Assembly (NCBI GenBank): GCA_000182565.2
Contig: KQ257455.1
Direction: 5' to 3' (one strand)
Origin: Spizellomyces punctatus DAOM BR117
Taxonomy: Eukaryota
Length of the DNA stretch: 64,000 bases
Part shown: positions 42,370 through 55,690 of the stretch, in pieces
Layout: each line of letters starts with the position of its first letter
Position numbering within the stretch: the stretch's first letter is position 1
The notes under the pieces: generated by a model
Told to the model about the DNA's origin: nothing
The model's database searches: none
What the model saw: the letters and a program-made list of their open reading frames with translations, nothing else
Program-made: the position numbers and the translations under genes

Positions 42370-43440
42370 ATGTCCGTGCCGGGGCTCCAGGCCCTGCACG
42401 CAGGCTATGCATTGCTCCAGGTCAGTGTGAAAGAAGCGCTTATACTCTGCAAAACACTATTTGACTTTCATCCCCCGGATAGTTACTTTGTATATATTTT
42501 GCGGTGCTGGCCTATAGACGATCACGTAATGGTGCCCCGGGTGCCATAGTCTTTGCTGTGTTTGCTGGCCTCAAGTGCTTTGATGATCTCTTGGTAGTCA
42601 TTGGACCTTGGCTTGACGCATCTCCAACCCATCACGCCGTTCTTCGAGGATTGTCGGCCTTTAGCTATTTTGCTGGATGCCTTACGCAACCTTCCCTCTT
42701 CCTTGTTGCCTACGAACTATGCCATACTTTACACGGAGGTCCGAAACGACGCTTGCTAAGCCGCGATCAAGTGGGTCGAATCGGGGCCTTAGCACTTACC
42801 TGCAGTTTTGCCACGTATGAGATCTTGGATTATGCTCTCTATTCCAAAGTGGCCGATTCGATTGTGCTCCGGAAGCCCTGGGGTGTTCCCGTGTACGAGG
42901 TAGAACGTGGAATCTTCAGTGCGAGCGTGTATACCCGGTTCGCGACATGTCTTATGCTGTTAGCGGCTGGTGGGTGCCTTTGGGCGCGGACACATTATCC
43001 ATGGCTGAGTTTATTACAGTTGGTTGTTTTGTTGGGTCAAGGTAAGGAATGCATAATACAACGCGCAATGTATCAACTGTTGTGACTCATGATTTACATC
43101 TCGTCATCTAGTAGCGACCTTTCATGCAGCATCGTACCAAATCTTTCTCGATTCTGGCTGGGATGTTGTATTCTCTCTCTCTTTAGCAATGGCACACTTT
43201 CACGTCATGGGTAATCAAGAGGAAGAGGAAAAGTTTGAGCCGTTGCTGTTTGGCGACGACTCTGCGCGTTGGTATGGAGCCGTGGAGGTTTGGGCAGACG
43301 GACATCCAGCTTCTTCATCACCGACACGGTGGAAAGGAAAGGAAGGAATCGTCATTGTATCGCAACCTGATGGAGGGCAGACGGGCAACCCACCCTATAC
43401 GGCAGTTGAGCGAGGCGACAGCGATCGTACGATAGCCTGA
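42370..43440 (+). CDS. Hypothetical multi-pass membrane protein
   Basis: Three exons with GT-AG introns and several hydrophobic helices; no family recognised. Confidence 0.6.
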
Positions 43441-43642
43441 GGAAAATCATCATAGCTGGGCATATTTATACGGGGTTTATTGTATATTTTATCTGGACAC
43501 ATTATGGGATCTCGTAATTTGAAATACAGACATATAAAACTGTATCTCAAGTCATAACGGATATTGCTATTATTTTATGATGGGCGCATTGGTTGAGGTG
43601 CATTTTGGAAAACGCAAAACGACAGTAGTCGTCTTTCTTATT

Positions 43643-43731
43643 TGGTTTGCCGAACGTTAGTGTAGAGGTGACAGAAAATGGCACTAGCTACTACACCAGG
43701 GAATAAACCGGCGACAACCGGTTCGGAAAAG
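43643..43731 (-). ncRNA. Putative Fanzor omegaRNA: ~74-nt scaffold (43658-43731) plus flank-derived guide (~43643-43657)
   Basis: CTTTTCCGAACCGGTTGTCGCCGGTTTATTCCCTGGTGTAGTAGCTAGTGCCATTTTCTGTCACCTCTACACTA; stems AACCGG/CCGGTT and TGGTGTAG/CTACACTA; resembles the SpuFz1 scaffold as recalled. Confidence 0.75.
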
Positions 43732-44409
43732 CTAACTAAGCTACTACTAAGCAATTATACACGCAATACGTAACGGTTGGTTCTAACCGGATAATTGCCC
43801 ACCACCACACGCGGTCCCTACTAGGCCTTGATCCAGAACTCTTGATGGCATTGAAGCCAGAGTCTTCGCAACATTGGGGAGACTCGCAAGCTGGAGGATG
43901 TTCAGTGACAAGGCTTGGAGACTACAAAAAACTGCATGTCAGCGAGGTGAAATGACAGAATGAAATGATGCCATTGGTACATACCAACCAAGCTCAACTA
44001 ATGTGGCAGCATAATAGTAGGTTTTGTTATCGGATCTGATTGGTTGCCACTGGTTCTGATCACGGTTGCTGTCGGGCGGTCAAGGTCCTCGGCACCACCA
44101 CATCTGTATTCTCATGATTCGACCGACAGTCGTGATGAGAAGAGTTGCACAGATGCTTCGAGAGTCGAGGATGGGTGAAGAGGAAAGAGGGAAGAGACAG
44201 AAGGCCCCCCTTTTATAGACCTTCCGCATGTGCCTCACCGCAGTTTAAAAAAAAAGTTACATTAGCATGCCACACCGCAGTTTGGAGAACATTAGCATCC
44301 ATGCCTCACCGCTTTGAGCGATAGAGGGGGGTTCTGATTATGCGATATGATTAACCGGATTAATCCAGATAATAATGGGTCCTAGTGCCATTTTCAATCA
44401 CCTCCACAC
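43660..44409 (-). mobile_element. Non-autonomous TIR element (copy B), Fanzor 'ghost'-like: 5' CATA, TA flanks, 3' omegaRNA-like end, no Fanzor ORF
   Basis: TIRs GTGTGGAGGTGATTGAAAATGGCACTAG / GTGTAGAGGTGACAGAAAATGGCACTAG (25/28); TA at 43658-59 and 44410-11; CATA on the minus strand at 44410-44413. Confidence 0.88.
44211..44217 (-). promoter_or_regulatory. TATA box inside element copy B
   Basis: GGTCTATAAAAGGGG on the minus strand, same position as in copy A. Confidence 0.55.
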
Positions 44410-44524
44410 TATGATGTGGCTTAGCGGTGCGAATGACCAACGAGAGCGGCTCTCGCGCCCGTTGAGAGATCTGCGAGATCGTGCCTTCATTAGACCAAAC
44501 TTCAAAGGTGAAACCAACCTTCAG

Positions 44525-46679
44525 ATGCTGGAACAAACGCACTTTGACGCCATTGTTCTGGGTACTGGTCTATCAGAGTCCATTATTGCCAGGTAGGCAC
44601 CCGCTAGCACGACCACCCGCGCTGTCTGCGAACACTAGTTGCTGACATGTTCAAAGTTCGCTAGCACGAGCTGGTAAAACAGTTTTGCACCTCGACCGCA
44701 ACATATTCTACGGGGACCATTTTGCATGTTTTGATTTAAAGACCTTTTTGAGGGTTTTGTGTGTAGAGCGAGGTATGACAGTAAGTAGTTTACCGTTTCG
44801 GTGAGATACTGATGTGTGCCTTGTAAAGATGAGACGAACCCTTTTAATGCGGCGTACGGTGATGTGGAGGTCGTGCTGCGAAGTGGGTCAAAAGAGGAGG
44901 TCGAGAGACTTGCGGGTATTCAAAAGAGAGAAAACACTGCAAATGAGGAACCAGCGACGTCTGAGGTAGCTCAGGACTTGCCCACTGACGACGGAGCAGT
45001 GGAAACCAATGGCCCAATACAAACGCCAACACCCAACTCAATCTCTACTATCCTCGATTTTCTCAAGCAAAATGCCAACCTCGTCCCCGTCTTCAAATCC
45101 CTCTTGGCTGATCCCGATCCCTCCGTCACTATCGCATCACTCGACCCATCCGACCCTCTCCTCCCAAAGTACACCATCCTTGCCCACCTTCTAACCCAAT
45201 CCCGGCAATTTAACATTGATCTAGCACCCAAACTCCTATACAACCGGGGGCCTTTGGTGGAATTGTTGATATCGTCGGGGGTGGGCAAGTATTTGGAATT
45301 TAAGGCTTTGGAGAGCGTGTATCTTTCGTGGCAGGGGAAATGTGAGCTGGTATGCTCGTGTGCTCATCTTTGATTGTATGAGAGGCTTATGCTGTGATGT
45401 ATAGGTACCTGGCTCAAAAGAGGACGTGTTTTCGAATCAGAGCGTCAGTTTGGTGGACAAACGGCGGCTAATGAAGTTTCTCACTTTTGCGGTGGAGTAT
45501 GAAGCACAGCCGGAGATTTATCAAGGTGAGTAAGCGTGCCACGAGTACTCGGATTACATTGTACTCATATACATGATCTTTAGACTTTGCAACGCGGCCG
45601 TTCATTGATTTCCTACGTGATCAGAAGCTGAGTCCTCGCTTGATATCGTTCATCCTGCATGCAATTGCATTTGCAGTGGACCGGGCTGACTCAGAGACCA
45701 GTATGTACTCTGCATTGATCACGAGTGAAATTTGAATCTAAAGTTTCAAAAAAAACAGTCACTACGGTCCAAGGACTTGCCCTCACGCAACGTCACTTGC
45801 AATCCCTAGGAAGATGGGGTAAGACAGCATTTTTGGTTGCGCTGTATGGAGCCGGGAGTGAGCTCTCGCAGGCTTTCTGTAGGTCCGTTTTTGTGGCATC
45901 TGTGGGAAGTGCGATACTGGGATCTTACTTTTCTTCAGATTTTGCGCAGTGTATGGAGGGATCTATATCTTGAATTTCCCAATATCAACAATTTCCATAT
46001 CTGAGGATCCCGACCGGCGGTTCAAGGTGGTTGGGAGTGATGGGGGAGAGTACACCTCGTCCTGGCTGGTGACTTCATCAAATTATGTTGGCAACTTACC
46101 GCAGGGGATGAACGTCGACATGAAGAGGTATCCGTGCACTTGGGCTAATACTGTAGTGCAGGAATTAATGTGCCATGTTGTTCTAGTACTCGTGTCTTGC
46201 GTGCCATGGCCATCTTGGATAAACCAATTCATGAGGATACCAATCTGACTGTAACCGTCTTTCCACCTGACTCAAATAGCAACACACAAGGCATCATCGC
46301 AATCCAGCAGAGTTGGGACGTGAGCGCATGTCCAAAAGAATATTGTAAGTCTTGTCTGAATTTTACATAATGCGCTTCATATCTAATGTCCGTGCTAGAC
46401 ATTCTCCATCTCCATTCCCCGAGCCCACAAGCCACCCACCAAGATTTCAAGGCCATTCTCTCATCTCTATCCTTGGACCCCCTAATAACAGTCTTTTATT
46501 CTCAAACAGTCCAAGTTCCCTCTACGATGTGGGTAGCGGATCATCTGGCGTTTGTTGGATCGAATGTGGTGGATGTGGATTTCGAGAGTGCTGTGCTGGA
46601 TGCTAAGGCAGTCTTTGAAAGAATCGTGCCTGACGAGGAAATTTTTGGGGGTGTCGTTGCAGAGGAGGACGGAGAGTAA
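44525..46679 (+). CDS. MRS6: Rab escort protein (Rab geranylgeranyltransferase component A)
   Basis: FDAIVLGTGLSESII, VLHLDRNIFYG, SRQFNIDLAPKLLY, VPGSKEDVF, LYGAGSELSQAFCR, CAVYGGIYILN; long insertion typical of REP rather than GDI. Confidence 0.88.
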
Positions 46680-46688
46680 GGCAGTACG

Positions 46689-47214
46689 CTAATGGTGCTC
46701 ATTATCCATGCAACTATTTTCCTCGATCGTATCTTCCCAATTCATAAAATTCACAGCACACCTCCACGACACAAATTCCCATCCACCCCATGACCAACCC
46801 GCTACACGTTTGTATTTTGTGTATGGTTTCCGACGCCTCTGTATCGGGTCTTCCTGTATATAGCGAGTCTTCGTAGGCTTGATTAAGCTCGTCGAGGGGG
46901 ATGTGGAGAAGCGTGAGGAGGAGGGCAAGGAGGAGAATCTGATACCATAAAAAATAAATCCCATGTATACAGATAGACAATGTTGCACTGAAGCTTACCT
47001 TGAAACAAATCAACACTAACCCACTCACTATCCAAAATCTCTGTCGAGTCTCCTTTCTACGCTTTACTGCACATACGATCGCTGGAACAAGGACAACAAG
47101 CAGCGTGCCCAAGAGGATATACGAAACATTGTCGAGTGGGAGTGGAGATGGGGGGAGGAAGAGTTGAAGGGGAATATAGAGCGGTAGTTGGAGGACTGTC
47201 GTTGATGTTAGCAT
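46689..47214 (-). CDS. Small hypothetical membrane protein
   Basis: ORF with several hydrophobic segments and a probable intron at ~46945-47000; true ends uncertain. Confidence 0.45.
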
Positions 47215-47336
47215 TGGAGAGACAAGTTTTAAAGTCGGCGCTTTGTGTGGTGAGTAGGTTGGATTACGTAACGCGTCGGGACAAGATCTTTGGGTTGGGG
47301 ATAGCTGCGAGTTGGCCAGAGAAACAAACAGGAAAG

Positions 47337-49026
47337 ATGAAGCATGTCCAGCGGGAAATTGTAAGTGTTTTTTCTGTAGTGGTTTCTTATTGTGCTCTGC
47401 TTACAGTATTAACAAAATCGATAAACAGCAAAAACCCCTTCCACAAACCTCACATCCCACCCCCATCCCCTCTACCACCGCCAACTCAAGATCTCATTCA
47501 AGAACCCCAACCCCCCACACCAGCACTCGGTCCCCTCCCGCCAACCGTTCTAACAGCCCACATCCTCCCTTACCTCTCACCTACGACCCTGTTGCCTCTT
47601 TCCCTTTTGAACAAAACGTGGCTCTCAATTGCTCGTAATGACAGCCTCTGGCATCGCTTGTGCGTCTTACACGGCGTGCGGGTAGGACCCTGGACGGATG
47701 GGTTACAGTGGTGGGAGGTTTTTAGAATATTTTGGAAGCGGAGGGGGAATTGGAAGAGGGGTGTGTATGGTGTTAAGGTTGTGGAGGTCGTTGGAATTGG
47801 GGATAGTGTGAATTGGTTTGTTTTCGTTTTTTATACTCTTTTTCTCTGTGTGGTTTGTGAATTTAATTTTTTTTAACGTAGCTTCAAGTATGATGCTGAT
47901 GTACTCCTTGTCGGTACCCGTCGTCACCGACTCCACCTCCATCACTTTCCATGGACATCCGTTCCCCATCTCTCTTTATCGGGACATACCCATCCTATCA
48001 TGTGTCTCGCTACAACACAGCAACACCTCCTTACGGGCGACGCTACGGGGACCATGATGCTCTGGAACATTTTCACAGGCGGACTATTGGCGGTTGTGAA
48101 AGCGCATGAAGGGGCTGTAGTAGGTGTTGGGTTTGTGAGTGGGGTGGTAGTGAGTGCGGGTGTTAATGGTCAAGTAAAGACCTGGAAGATTCAGACAAGG
48201 GTCGAAACAGAGACGATCATAAGAGAACATCAAAAAGGATTGAGAAAGATATCCAAAAAGTTACAAAAGAGACATGTGGAAGTATTTGAAAAGGAGATTG
48301 TCGAGTTTGTACATGCCAACCATATTGTTGCGCATGTTGGGGATTGTTTTTGTGTTTGGGTTGGGGAATGGGTTGTTACGGGTGGGTTAGACTGGTGTGT
48401 GAAGGTGAGTATCCAGGTTGAGATCCAGAGGTTTACAAGATGTTCATTCTTTTTCTTGATTTTTACAAGACATGGATGCCGACCACTCTTGCCCACCACC
48501 GCACTTTCCGTGGGCACACGGACTCTGTCACATGTGTCGCTGTCCACGCCAACTGGGTTATGAGCGGATCGCTGGATAAAAGTATTCGACGTACGTTGCA
48601 GGTCCACTCGTTCATGCGCTCCTCAAATTGACGTCTTGTTTATTTTCATTAGAATGGGATCTCCAGACTGGAGCATGCCTCCACACGTTCTTGGGACACA
48701 CAAAATGGGTCAAGACGTTAGATGTTTCTGAAGAGTGGTTGGTCAGTGGGGGTTGGGACGAGTGCGTATTAGGTATGCATCCCTTGTGTTGTTGATACTG
48801 TGCTCTGGTGCAAATGTGTTTTGACACCTCTATGAACATAGTTTGGAATTGGAAAGAAGGCAAGTTGGGTCATCGGATTGATGTACAAAAGGGACCAGTC
48901 GTTGCATTGCAATTTGATGAGGAGAAGATTGTGGTGGGATGTCGGGGGGAAGATGTACAGAATGCTTTGATTGTGGTTGACTTTGGTGAAGACAAACATG
49001 AAAATAAAAACCAAGCAACATCGTAA
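47337..49026 (+). CDS. F-box/WD40-repeat protein
   Basis: F-box LPPTVLTAHILPYLSP...LLNKTWLSIARNDSLW; WD repeats GHTDSVTCV...SGSLDKSIR, GHTKWVKTL...SGGWD. Confidence 0.85.
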
Positions 49027-49081
49027 AAAAATAACTGTGTATATTGTACCAACAACAAGAAGAACAACAACAACAACGCTA

Positions 49082-49564
<483 letters not shown>

Positions 49565-50791
49565 CTATTCGAATTGCAAAGTTTCTTTTACAAAAGTTCC
49601 CACACCCAGCAGCACAACAAGAAAAAGAAAACGGTCTTTGGGGGGTAGTCTTTCCAGTACAATCTGAAATCTCGTTCCAAAACACAACCAAGAAGGTTAA
49701 TCAACCTGCAACAAAACTCGTCCGGCACGACGCGGGCGGCGCAAGATAAGATATTATGTCATCCAACACGTGCTTTCGTGACTCGCTTGTCCGATTTCCT
49801 TTGTTTCTACTTCAAGTTGTTTGTTCTTTATTCCTTTAAGATGATGAATGACTTTTACGGACCTTTTCCGCTTGTTCTTTCTGCACGGCTGTCCATGCCT
49901 CCAATGCAGCTCGCGTCATCGCCTTTGTCGGTCGGTGCATAAAGGCATTAAAGGGGCCCATGGAGAGAAAGGAAGGGAGTGTGCTTGCGTGTCGCACCCA
50001 TGTGTGTCGATATGGGATCATGTTGGGATGCATGAAGGATGTGGCATGAGATGAGAATCAGATGGTAGACTTTATAAAATACCTCCTACTTATCCGATGG
50101 GCCGTTATTCGCCGCTTTGGCCGTTTGTTTATGCTTCCATGTTTGGAACGCGCCTTCCGTTCCGCTTATGTCATCCCGGATATCACACTTTTTCTCCGAA
50201 TCCTTTTCATAACTTTTTGAACTTTTTCCGGACTCGACCATGACTTCGCCCTCCCGTCCCCGCACACTCTCCGAAGGCAAAAGAGACATTCTCACTTGTT
50301 CCAAAAATGATCTCATCACGTATGTTTTTGACGATATTGGGCTAGTTCTAAATTACTGATACCGTTGTAGGAAGGTCTTGGACCTCCAGGAATCTCTTAT
50401 GGCGACTTTAAATCGAGTAGAGACGGCGAGAATTGAGCATGCCCGGATAGCAGGGGAGAATACGCTACTGTTACAGTATGTGAATAATCTTGTAAATGCG
50501 ACGGGAGCCCCGGTGGAGAAGGCCAAAAAGTAGACAAGAGCTATGATATGCTTTCCTGTATGTGGGAAATGGGCTAGCCCGATAGAATGGTTGCAGCCAT
50601 TCTTGGATCTGGTGCAAAGAATCTTGCTAGGAAGAAAGTGAGCCCTGCTCTAGCTATCCAGACGGGAAAAAAATACCCTCCCAAACTTTGCGAAACCACA
50701 CATAGATGCGTGTAGAAACCCCGGTCTATTCCATCCGTTCCTCTATACTCGTAATAAAAATAAAAAATACGCGTCATATCCAGTACTCTAT

Positions 50792-53221
50792 CTACCGTTT
50801 TACCATCCCCACCAAGTCCGGACTCAAATCATTCAACACCCTCAGCGCATTTCGTCGTCCAACATCAGGTGCCACCATCCCCACATTTGGCTGAGCAATA
50901 GGAGTAAAGGAAGGAGTCTCTCCAAAATCAACAGGTAAAACCCGATGCAGAAACTCGTAACAAGCGAGTGTGACACCAAACTGGGGTGAAGAACGCAAGA
51001 CACGGGCCAAACCCCCTTTGAAAAAGGCGCGTGGACCTTCCTCCCGGAGGATTTTGACAAAGGCGTCGTTGATGCCAGTGTAAGTGGTCTCGCCTTTTCG
51101 TGCTGCAACTTGTAGGCGGGTTTTGATAACGTCCGCTGGAGTGACGAGGTAAGCGGCTGGCATACCCGCAATCGCACCCGCCGTCAACAGCTACATACAA
51201 ACATCAGAACTATACCAAAGCCAGTAACGATGTGAACTCGACGCACCTCAAGGGCATTCAACTTTTTGCCGTCCTTGCCTTCATTGAACAAGTTCTTCTT
51301 GAGGTGTGCGTACGTAGGGAAATAAATACCGGAAAAGGGGATATCTCGCAAGAGACAGGCCCCCACGCCCCGGTAAAGTCCTAAAAGTCCGAGTTGACGG
51401 ACAATGTGGATGGCCGTGTGTTTTGGGGCGGAGTTAAGAGCTGTTTTGGCGGCTTCGCCCTGGACTAGATAAAGGTCAGCACATATGTGGTGGTTTGCAA
51501 AGGACAATTGGTGAAAGCACATACCCTGCAGGCGAATTTTGACAATCTCTAATGGATTCGTAAAGAGGACCTGACTTCCACCTGCGGCACACCCAGCAAG
51601 AATCTCGCCCCAAACCGGTATATACCCAGTCTTGCGATCCTTGATTCGGGACCTCACAAAATCATTGACCGTCAGTTTGATTGCCTTCTCCGGTGCGACT
51701 GGCCAAAAGCGTGAGTTTCTGATGCCATCACCAAGAATGACACAGTTATAGTTACCTCCAACAAGCTGCGGCAAAAGTCCAGAATAGAGTCCCAATACGC
51801 CCTCATTTTTAACGACCTTTTTGAAACAATCCCAGCTGTTCTTGTACAGCAACTGACCAACTATTTTGGAGCGCTGGTTCTGCATCCGCGTCTTGACAAG
51901 ATCTGTGAAAAAAGGTAAATACAAGAGCCACAAGGAAACCGGTATAAGAACGCACCAATTGGATATACGACGGTTGCACCCACTGCTCCGGCAATGGCAC
52001 CCAAGGTGAAGTTGTAAATGCCCTTGAGGGCCTCCATTGCCGCCGACAGGGATACGACTTGGTTGGTCAACTCTGTCACATCCGCCGTGGTCGCGGTAAG
52101 GGTAGGACTATCATAACTGATACCTTTGGCTTTTGACCATGAAGGATCAAATAACCGTTCGAACGCCCCAATGGGAAGTCGGCTGGTCTGACTGTCAAAA
52201 TCCCGCGACGCCAGGTGAAACAAGATGTCGACTTCCATGGGTGTGAGAACGTTGAAACGCATCATCTGAGCGGCAGCGGCTTGGAAATCCGCTTTCGAAA
52301 GGGCATGGTCTTGGGTCCTAGTGGCAGCTTTCCGGGCAATGCGTTCAACCATGTCCATTTGGCGGATGACATTGTAACAAGCTCTGACATTGGCAAAGGA
52401 AATGTTGTCCCCAGGATAAAGCTGAACGATACTGGGAAGGTTTTCGACGACAAATGGATTCAACTTGTGTTTTGCGACATGAAGCATGATCTTTTTGAAT
52501 GCGTCGGGGTTGATCGTTCCTGTGCCCTTTGGATCAAAGTACTTGAATTCCTGCTTTAATCGTTCTGCCTGGAACCCCTTGACCAGCTGCGCAAACTCTT
52601 CATAGGAAATGTCCTTCTTCCCGTTCTTTCCGACAAATAGAGTTAACCAATCGCTGTTGAAGTCAAAGGGTACGGCTTCTGATGCAGTTTGACTTGATGA
52701 AATGATATGCTTGAATTGGTCGAGGGTAATGATGCCGTCCGCGTCCTCGTCAAAAAGACGAAACGCAATTTCGAATTCCGCGTCTGGACGACTGAGCATA
52801 GCCTCAAAGTGAATGAAATCATCTACCGTGAGCATTCCCCGTCCCTGCCGGTCCGCTACGCGAAAAAGAACGTTGCATCCGTCCTTTTGGACCTGCCACA
52901 AAGAGTCAGACGCTGGACAAGTGTTTAGAATCATATGATACTTACCTCCTTTGCCTCCGCTGAAGGAGTGACAGCCTGACAAAAGTCTGCAAGCGTCATG
53001 TACTTTGTCCCCTCCTTTTGCACAGAGGCATGCGAGGCAAAGAACTCGCGTGACCGCGACACATCCAGCACGTCCACATTCAAGTCCATCGTTGGCTTTT
53101 CAGCATGAGATGACGGAGGAGAAAGACCGGAAACGTCCCACAAAATCGTCGTCCAGAAACCGGATGAGGCGCGCCCAAATGCCGGAAGAGCAATCCGCCA
53201 AAACGACGACGAGCGAAACAA
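50792..53221 (-). CDS. AGC1: Calcium-binding mitochondrial aspartate/glutamate carrier (aralar/citrin)
   Basis: EF-hand N-terminal half; [53 protein letters not shown]. Confidence 0.95.
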
Positions 53222-55064
53222 TAAATTGTTGCTAGTTGTGGATAAAAATAAATATGGTTAAATTACATGCACGTGATTAATAGATCGTTTGATGCACGTG
53301 ACTACACGACGAAAGCCAACGGGGACGACGGGGACGACCGCCTCGGGGATTAGAGTCCTTGATGCTCAAGGCAGATTCAAAGATGTATGTCCTTTGGTGA
53401 CCTTTGGCGACGGAGGATAGCAAATGCGCAGGCGCTAGACAGGAGCGTCACTTGGGACTGAAAAGTCGATATGACTCTCGCTATCATCGTTGTCGAAAGA
53501 GTCGGAATCATTCAGAAGTAGGAAAGTAATGTAAAAGTTTATTCCAATGATAAAGATAGTTTCAACATGGAGATATTACCAAGTCCTTTGCGACATTACA
53601 GTGGTGTTTTGCAATGTGATGCGTGCGCAGCATCCTCCAACACGCGTTACCTAATCTGAACGCGTTCGCTGGCCCGCCAGGGGAGCCAGGAGGTCCGCAC
53701 GAAGAAGAAGATTATTGCAAGGGGAAATGTGACGTCGGCGGTTACATTTGTAATTACTTTCCACCATGGAAATTCCATCAATGGCATGGAAGCGCAGCTC
53801 CCTCCAGGGTTATAAAAAGGCGACCTTTCCTCGCCTCTCCCCGTCCATCTCTTCACTTCGCTTTTTTCATCTCGGGCCGCGCTGCGTACGACTCTTTCTT
53901 TTGGGGGCAATGGTCACATTGCAGCTTCCCCTACACCAACACCATCATCGCCAAGGCTGTCGCTGGCCTTTTCCAAACCTTTCCGGTCGCCGTCTTCACC
54001 GCATCACTTTGAAGGCAGACGTTCCCCTACTTGCTCCCGTCATTACTATCTGCTACCGGCGATTTGGCATCGGCCATTAGCGCTCCTCACCCAAGTTGTC
54101 GCATCTCACAACTTGCTGCGCAGTACCTTTGCTTGCAGCCACGGATACAGCACCGGGTGCTATCGTGCCCAATCACCCCTCCTCGACGTTACCCCCTTGG
54201 GCCCATCTGCGGGTGGCGTTCCGCAACGTCGCCTGCTGCGCTTCTCTTCTTCGCTGCTGCGCCTACCTTCTTTGCACCCTTCAACCCCAAATCGCGGTTC
54301 ACTGTCCACAACCTCAGCCCCGTTTCAGCACCGGATCTCCAGGAGCATCATCACTCCTTCATTGCACCCAGAGTGCTATGCCTGGCCCTCAACTTTGCCG
54401 CATCGCTCCGGTGCCGAGGATTTTTGTAGCTGGCCGCCCAAGTGAACAAAAACTGCAGCCGTCTACAGAGAGCTGTATACCACCTATTCATATACCTTAC
54501 ATGTCAACGTCTATTCGCATGTCATGTATGCCGTTATGTCACATCAACATTTCCTCCTTGACGGCAAGCTCCCACGAAGCAAGGAAGGCGGTGCGTGCTG
54601 GCATCGTTAGTCACCTCGATCCCGACCACACATACTTCAAAATCATGATACGGTCTTGCGAGCTCACAGTATCACATACAACAGACGACGCAATATGCTG
54701 AATCGCATTCCCTTCGATGTGGTTTGGATCTTGATGTCATCGCCCATCGCTGACACGTCTGACATCGATGACTCCTGGACAAATTCGTAAGCTTCTGAGA
54801 AGGTGCACCCTATCATATGTCTCCATGAGTTGCCCATCATATCCGAGATGGGACCGTCCAAACCATGCGGACTCTGAGATGCCGCCATTTCGTCGACCAC
54901 CCTCAATCCACCAGCACCCTTGGATATCATCGTGCTGATCATGCGGACGAGTCGCAACATTTCACGAAATACGGCTGGCTGCTGCAGGAAGAACACCCTT
55001 TGCAAAGAATCGCGAAATACGACGGTGGCCATCCACAAAGAATGACAAGTTGACATTATTCTAA

Positions 55065-55450
55065 CAATCGTCTCTGCTAGATCGCTGGTCGGCCGGCCCG
55101 CGCATTGATCTGCGGACGGGGAACTCGGCCGACCCACGCTTCGAGAATCGTCTCTGCGAGACCGCTGGTTGGCCGGCCCGCGCATTGAGAAGCGTCTCTG
55201 CGGACCGGGAACTCGGCCGACCAGCGGTCTCTCAGAGACGGTTCCGGACAGGAAACTCCACCGGCCCACGCTTCAAGACGGTCGGCCGGCCCTGCGGACG
55301 GGGAACTCGGCCGACCCAAGCTTCAAGACGGGGCCACGCTTCAACAATCGTCTCTGCGAGATCGCTGGTCGGCCGAGCTCCCTGTCCGCAGAGACGATTC
55401 TCGCCGACCCACGCATTGAGAATCGCCTCTGCGGACAGGAAGCCGCCGAC
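55065..55450. repeat. GC-rich complex repeat of direct and inverted units
   Basis: AATCGTCTCTGCGAGATCGCTGGTCGGCCG-like unit at ~55066, 55146, 55346; CTGCGGACGGGGAACTCGGCCGACC-like unit at ~55109, 55198, 55292; inverted copies at ~55214-55240 and ~55375-55401. Confidence 0.85.
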
Positions 55451-55519
55451 ACTTCTGTTGGATGCTGGATCGTTTGCGCATGAGAAGATGCAGTGGGGAA
55501 CGCGCTGGGCATTGGTGGA

Positions 55520-55690
55520 GAGACAAAAGGTATGTGGTATTACGGTGGTGAACTCATGACGTAGAGCGGAGAAACAGAAGGTACGTGGTATATGATGGTG
55601 GACTAACGATGTAGGACGGACTAACGTAGAGTGAGGTGCAAAGACAAAAGGTACGTGGACCACTGATACGATGGGGGACTAATGTAAAAC
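55520..55690. repeat. Degenerate short tandem repeat next to the assembly gap
   Basis: ACA(A/G)AAGGTA(T/C)GTGG three times and GGACTAA(C/T)G three times. Confidence 0.6.

Noticed and set aside
49836-50530. Short ORFs between calmodulin and AGC1
   Set aside because: May be a small spliced gene, but I could not establish a coherent model or homology.
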